In this document: positions 63,230-64,000 of the stretch, one piece after another
How the letters are laid out: every line of letters begins with the position of its first letter
Position numbering within the stretch: the first letter of the stretch is position 1
NCBI RefSeq assembly: GCF_003018255.1
Contig: NZ_CP027440.1
Strand: one strand, 5' to 3'
Source of the DNA: Escherichia coli
GTDB lineage: Bacteria; Pseudomonadota; Gammaproteobacteria; Enterobacterales; Enterobacteriaceae
DNA length: 64,000 nt
Position numbers and translations under genes: made by a program
The notes under the pieces: generated by a model
The model's input: the letters and a program-made list of their open reading frames with translations, nothing else
Told to the model about the DNA's origin: nothing
Database searches by the model: none

Positions 63230-63475
63230 TTGTTATACCTCTTGAATATTCCTGATGGGGCAAGTCTTCACCCACCCCGGCTGTTCGGCCTGCCCGGCAT
63301 AACTCCTCACCGGGACCAGAAGCAAAAAAATACCGACCCGGGTACAAGTCCCAGGTCAGCTACAATTCACATTTTGATAGTCATTTTACCCTGAAGTTCC
63401 CGAAGGGTCATCGTTTACTTTATAGGGCGTTGCGCCGTAGTATGACGGCTCGATTCCAGGTTGTTAGCGCGAGAT

Positions 63476-64000
63476 TATGCGATTTTCCAGATTTATCATC
63501 GGATTGACCAGCTGTATAGCGTTCAGTGTTCAGGCCGCAAATGTTGATGAGTACATTACTCAACTCCCCGCTGGTGCCAACCTTGCCCTGATGGTGCAAA
63601 AAGTCGGCGCGTCGGCCCCCGCTATTGATTACCACAGTCAGCAGATGGCGCTGCCCGCCAGTACGCAGAAAGTGATTACTGCACTGGCGGCGTTGATTCA
63701 ACTCGGCCCCGATTTTCGTTTTACCACGACGCTTGAAACCAAAGGCAATGTGGAAAACGGCGTACTTAAGGGTGACTTAGTGGCGCGATTTGGTGCCGAT
63801 CCGACGTTAAGACGTCAGGATATTCGCAATATGGTCGCGACTTTGAAAAAATCTGGCGTCAACCAAATCGATGGCAATGTGTTGATAGATACCTCCATTT
63901 TCGCCAGCCACGATAAAGCCCCCGGCTGGCCATGGAATGACATGACACAATGCTTTAGCGCTCCGCCTGCCGCCGCCATAGTTGACCGCAACTGTTTCTC
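63476..64000 (+). CDS. dacB: D-alanyl-D-alanine carboxypeptidase/endopeptidase (PBP4); 5' part only, continues past window end
   Basis: ATG at 63476 opens MRFSRFIIGLTSCIAFSVQA (signal peptide), frame open to the window edge. Confidence 0.85.

Noticed and set aside
63420-63701. 93-aa minus-strand ORF
   Set aside because: Antisense to the dacB signal-peptide region, which reads clearly on the plus strand from 63476.

Overview
This window reads as a conserved Escherichia coli chromosomal segment, syntenic with the K-12 tdc-gar-aga-yra-yhb-deaD-pnp-infB-nusA-argG-ftsH-greA region. I found no evidence of a novel or undescribed system: no integrase, transposase, IS ends, CRISPR array or orphan defence-like gene cluster. 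Gene identities rest on reading N-termini from the supplied ORF track and on recalled K-12 gene order; no database search was run. Content, in order: tdcE (partial), tdcDCBA, tdcR, rnpB (RNase P RNA), garK-garR-garL-garP, garD, the prlF-yhaV toxin-antitoxin pair, a complete aga/gam locus (agaR, kbaZ-agaVWEFA, agaS-kbaY-agaBCDI), rsmI, lpoA, yraN, diaA, dolP, yraQ, yraR, yhbOPQS, ubiT/ubiU/ubiV (yhbTUV), yhbW, mtr, deaD with the 26-codon yrbN, nlpI, pnp, rpsO, truB, rbfA, infB, nusA, rimP, tRNA metY, argG, yhbX, tRNA leuU, secG, glmM, folP, ftsH, rlmE, yhbY, greA and the start of dacB. The strain is not K-12-like at three points, all judged from memory of the K-12 map: the agaW-agaE-agaF-agaA block is intact, no yraHIJK fimbrial operon lies between agaI and rsmI, and the tdcR-rnpB spacer is too short to hold yhaB/yhaC. 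Long ORFs antisense to nusA, ftsH, deaD, pnp, infB and argG were examined and rejected as shadow frames.
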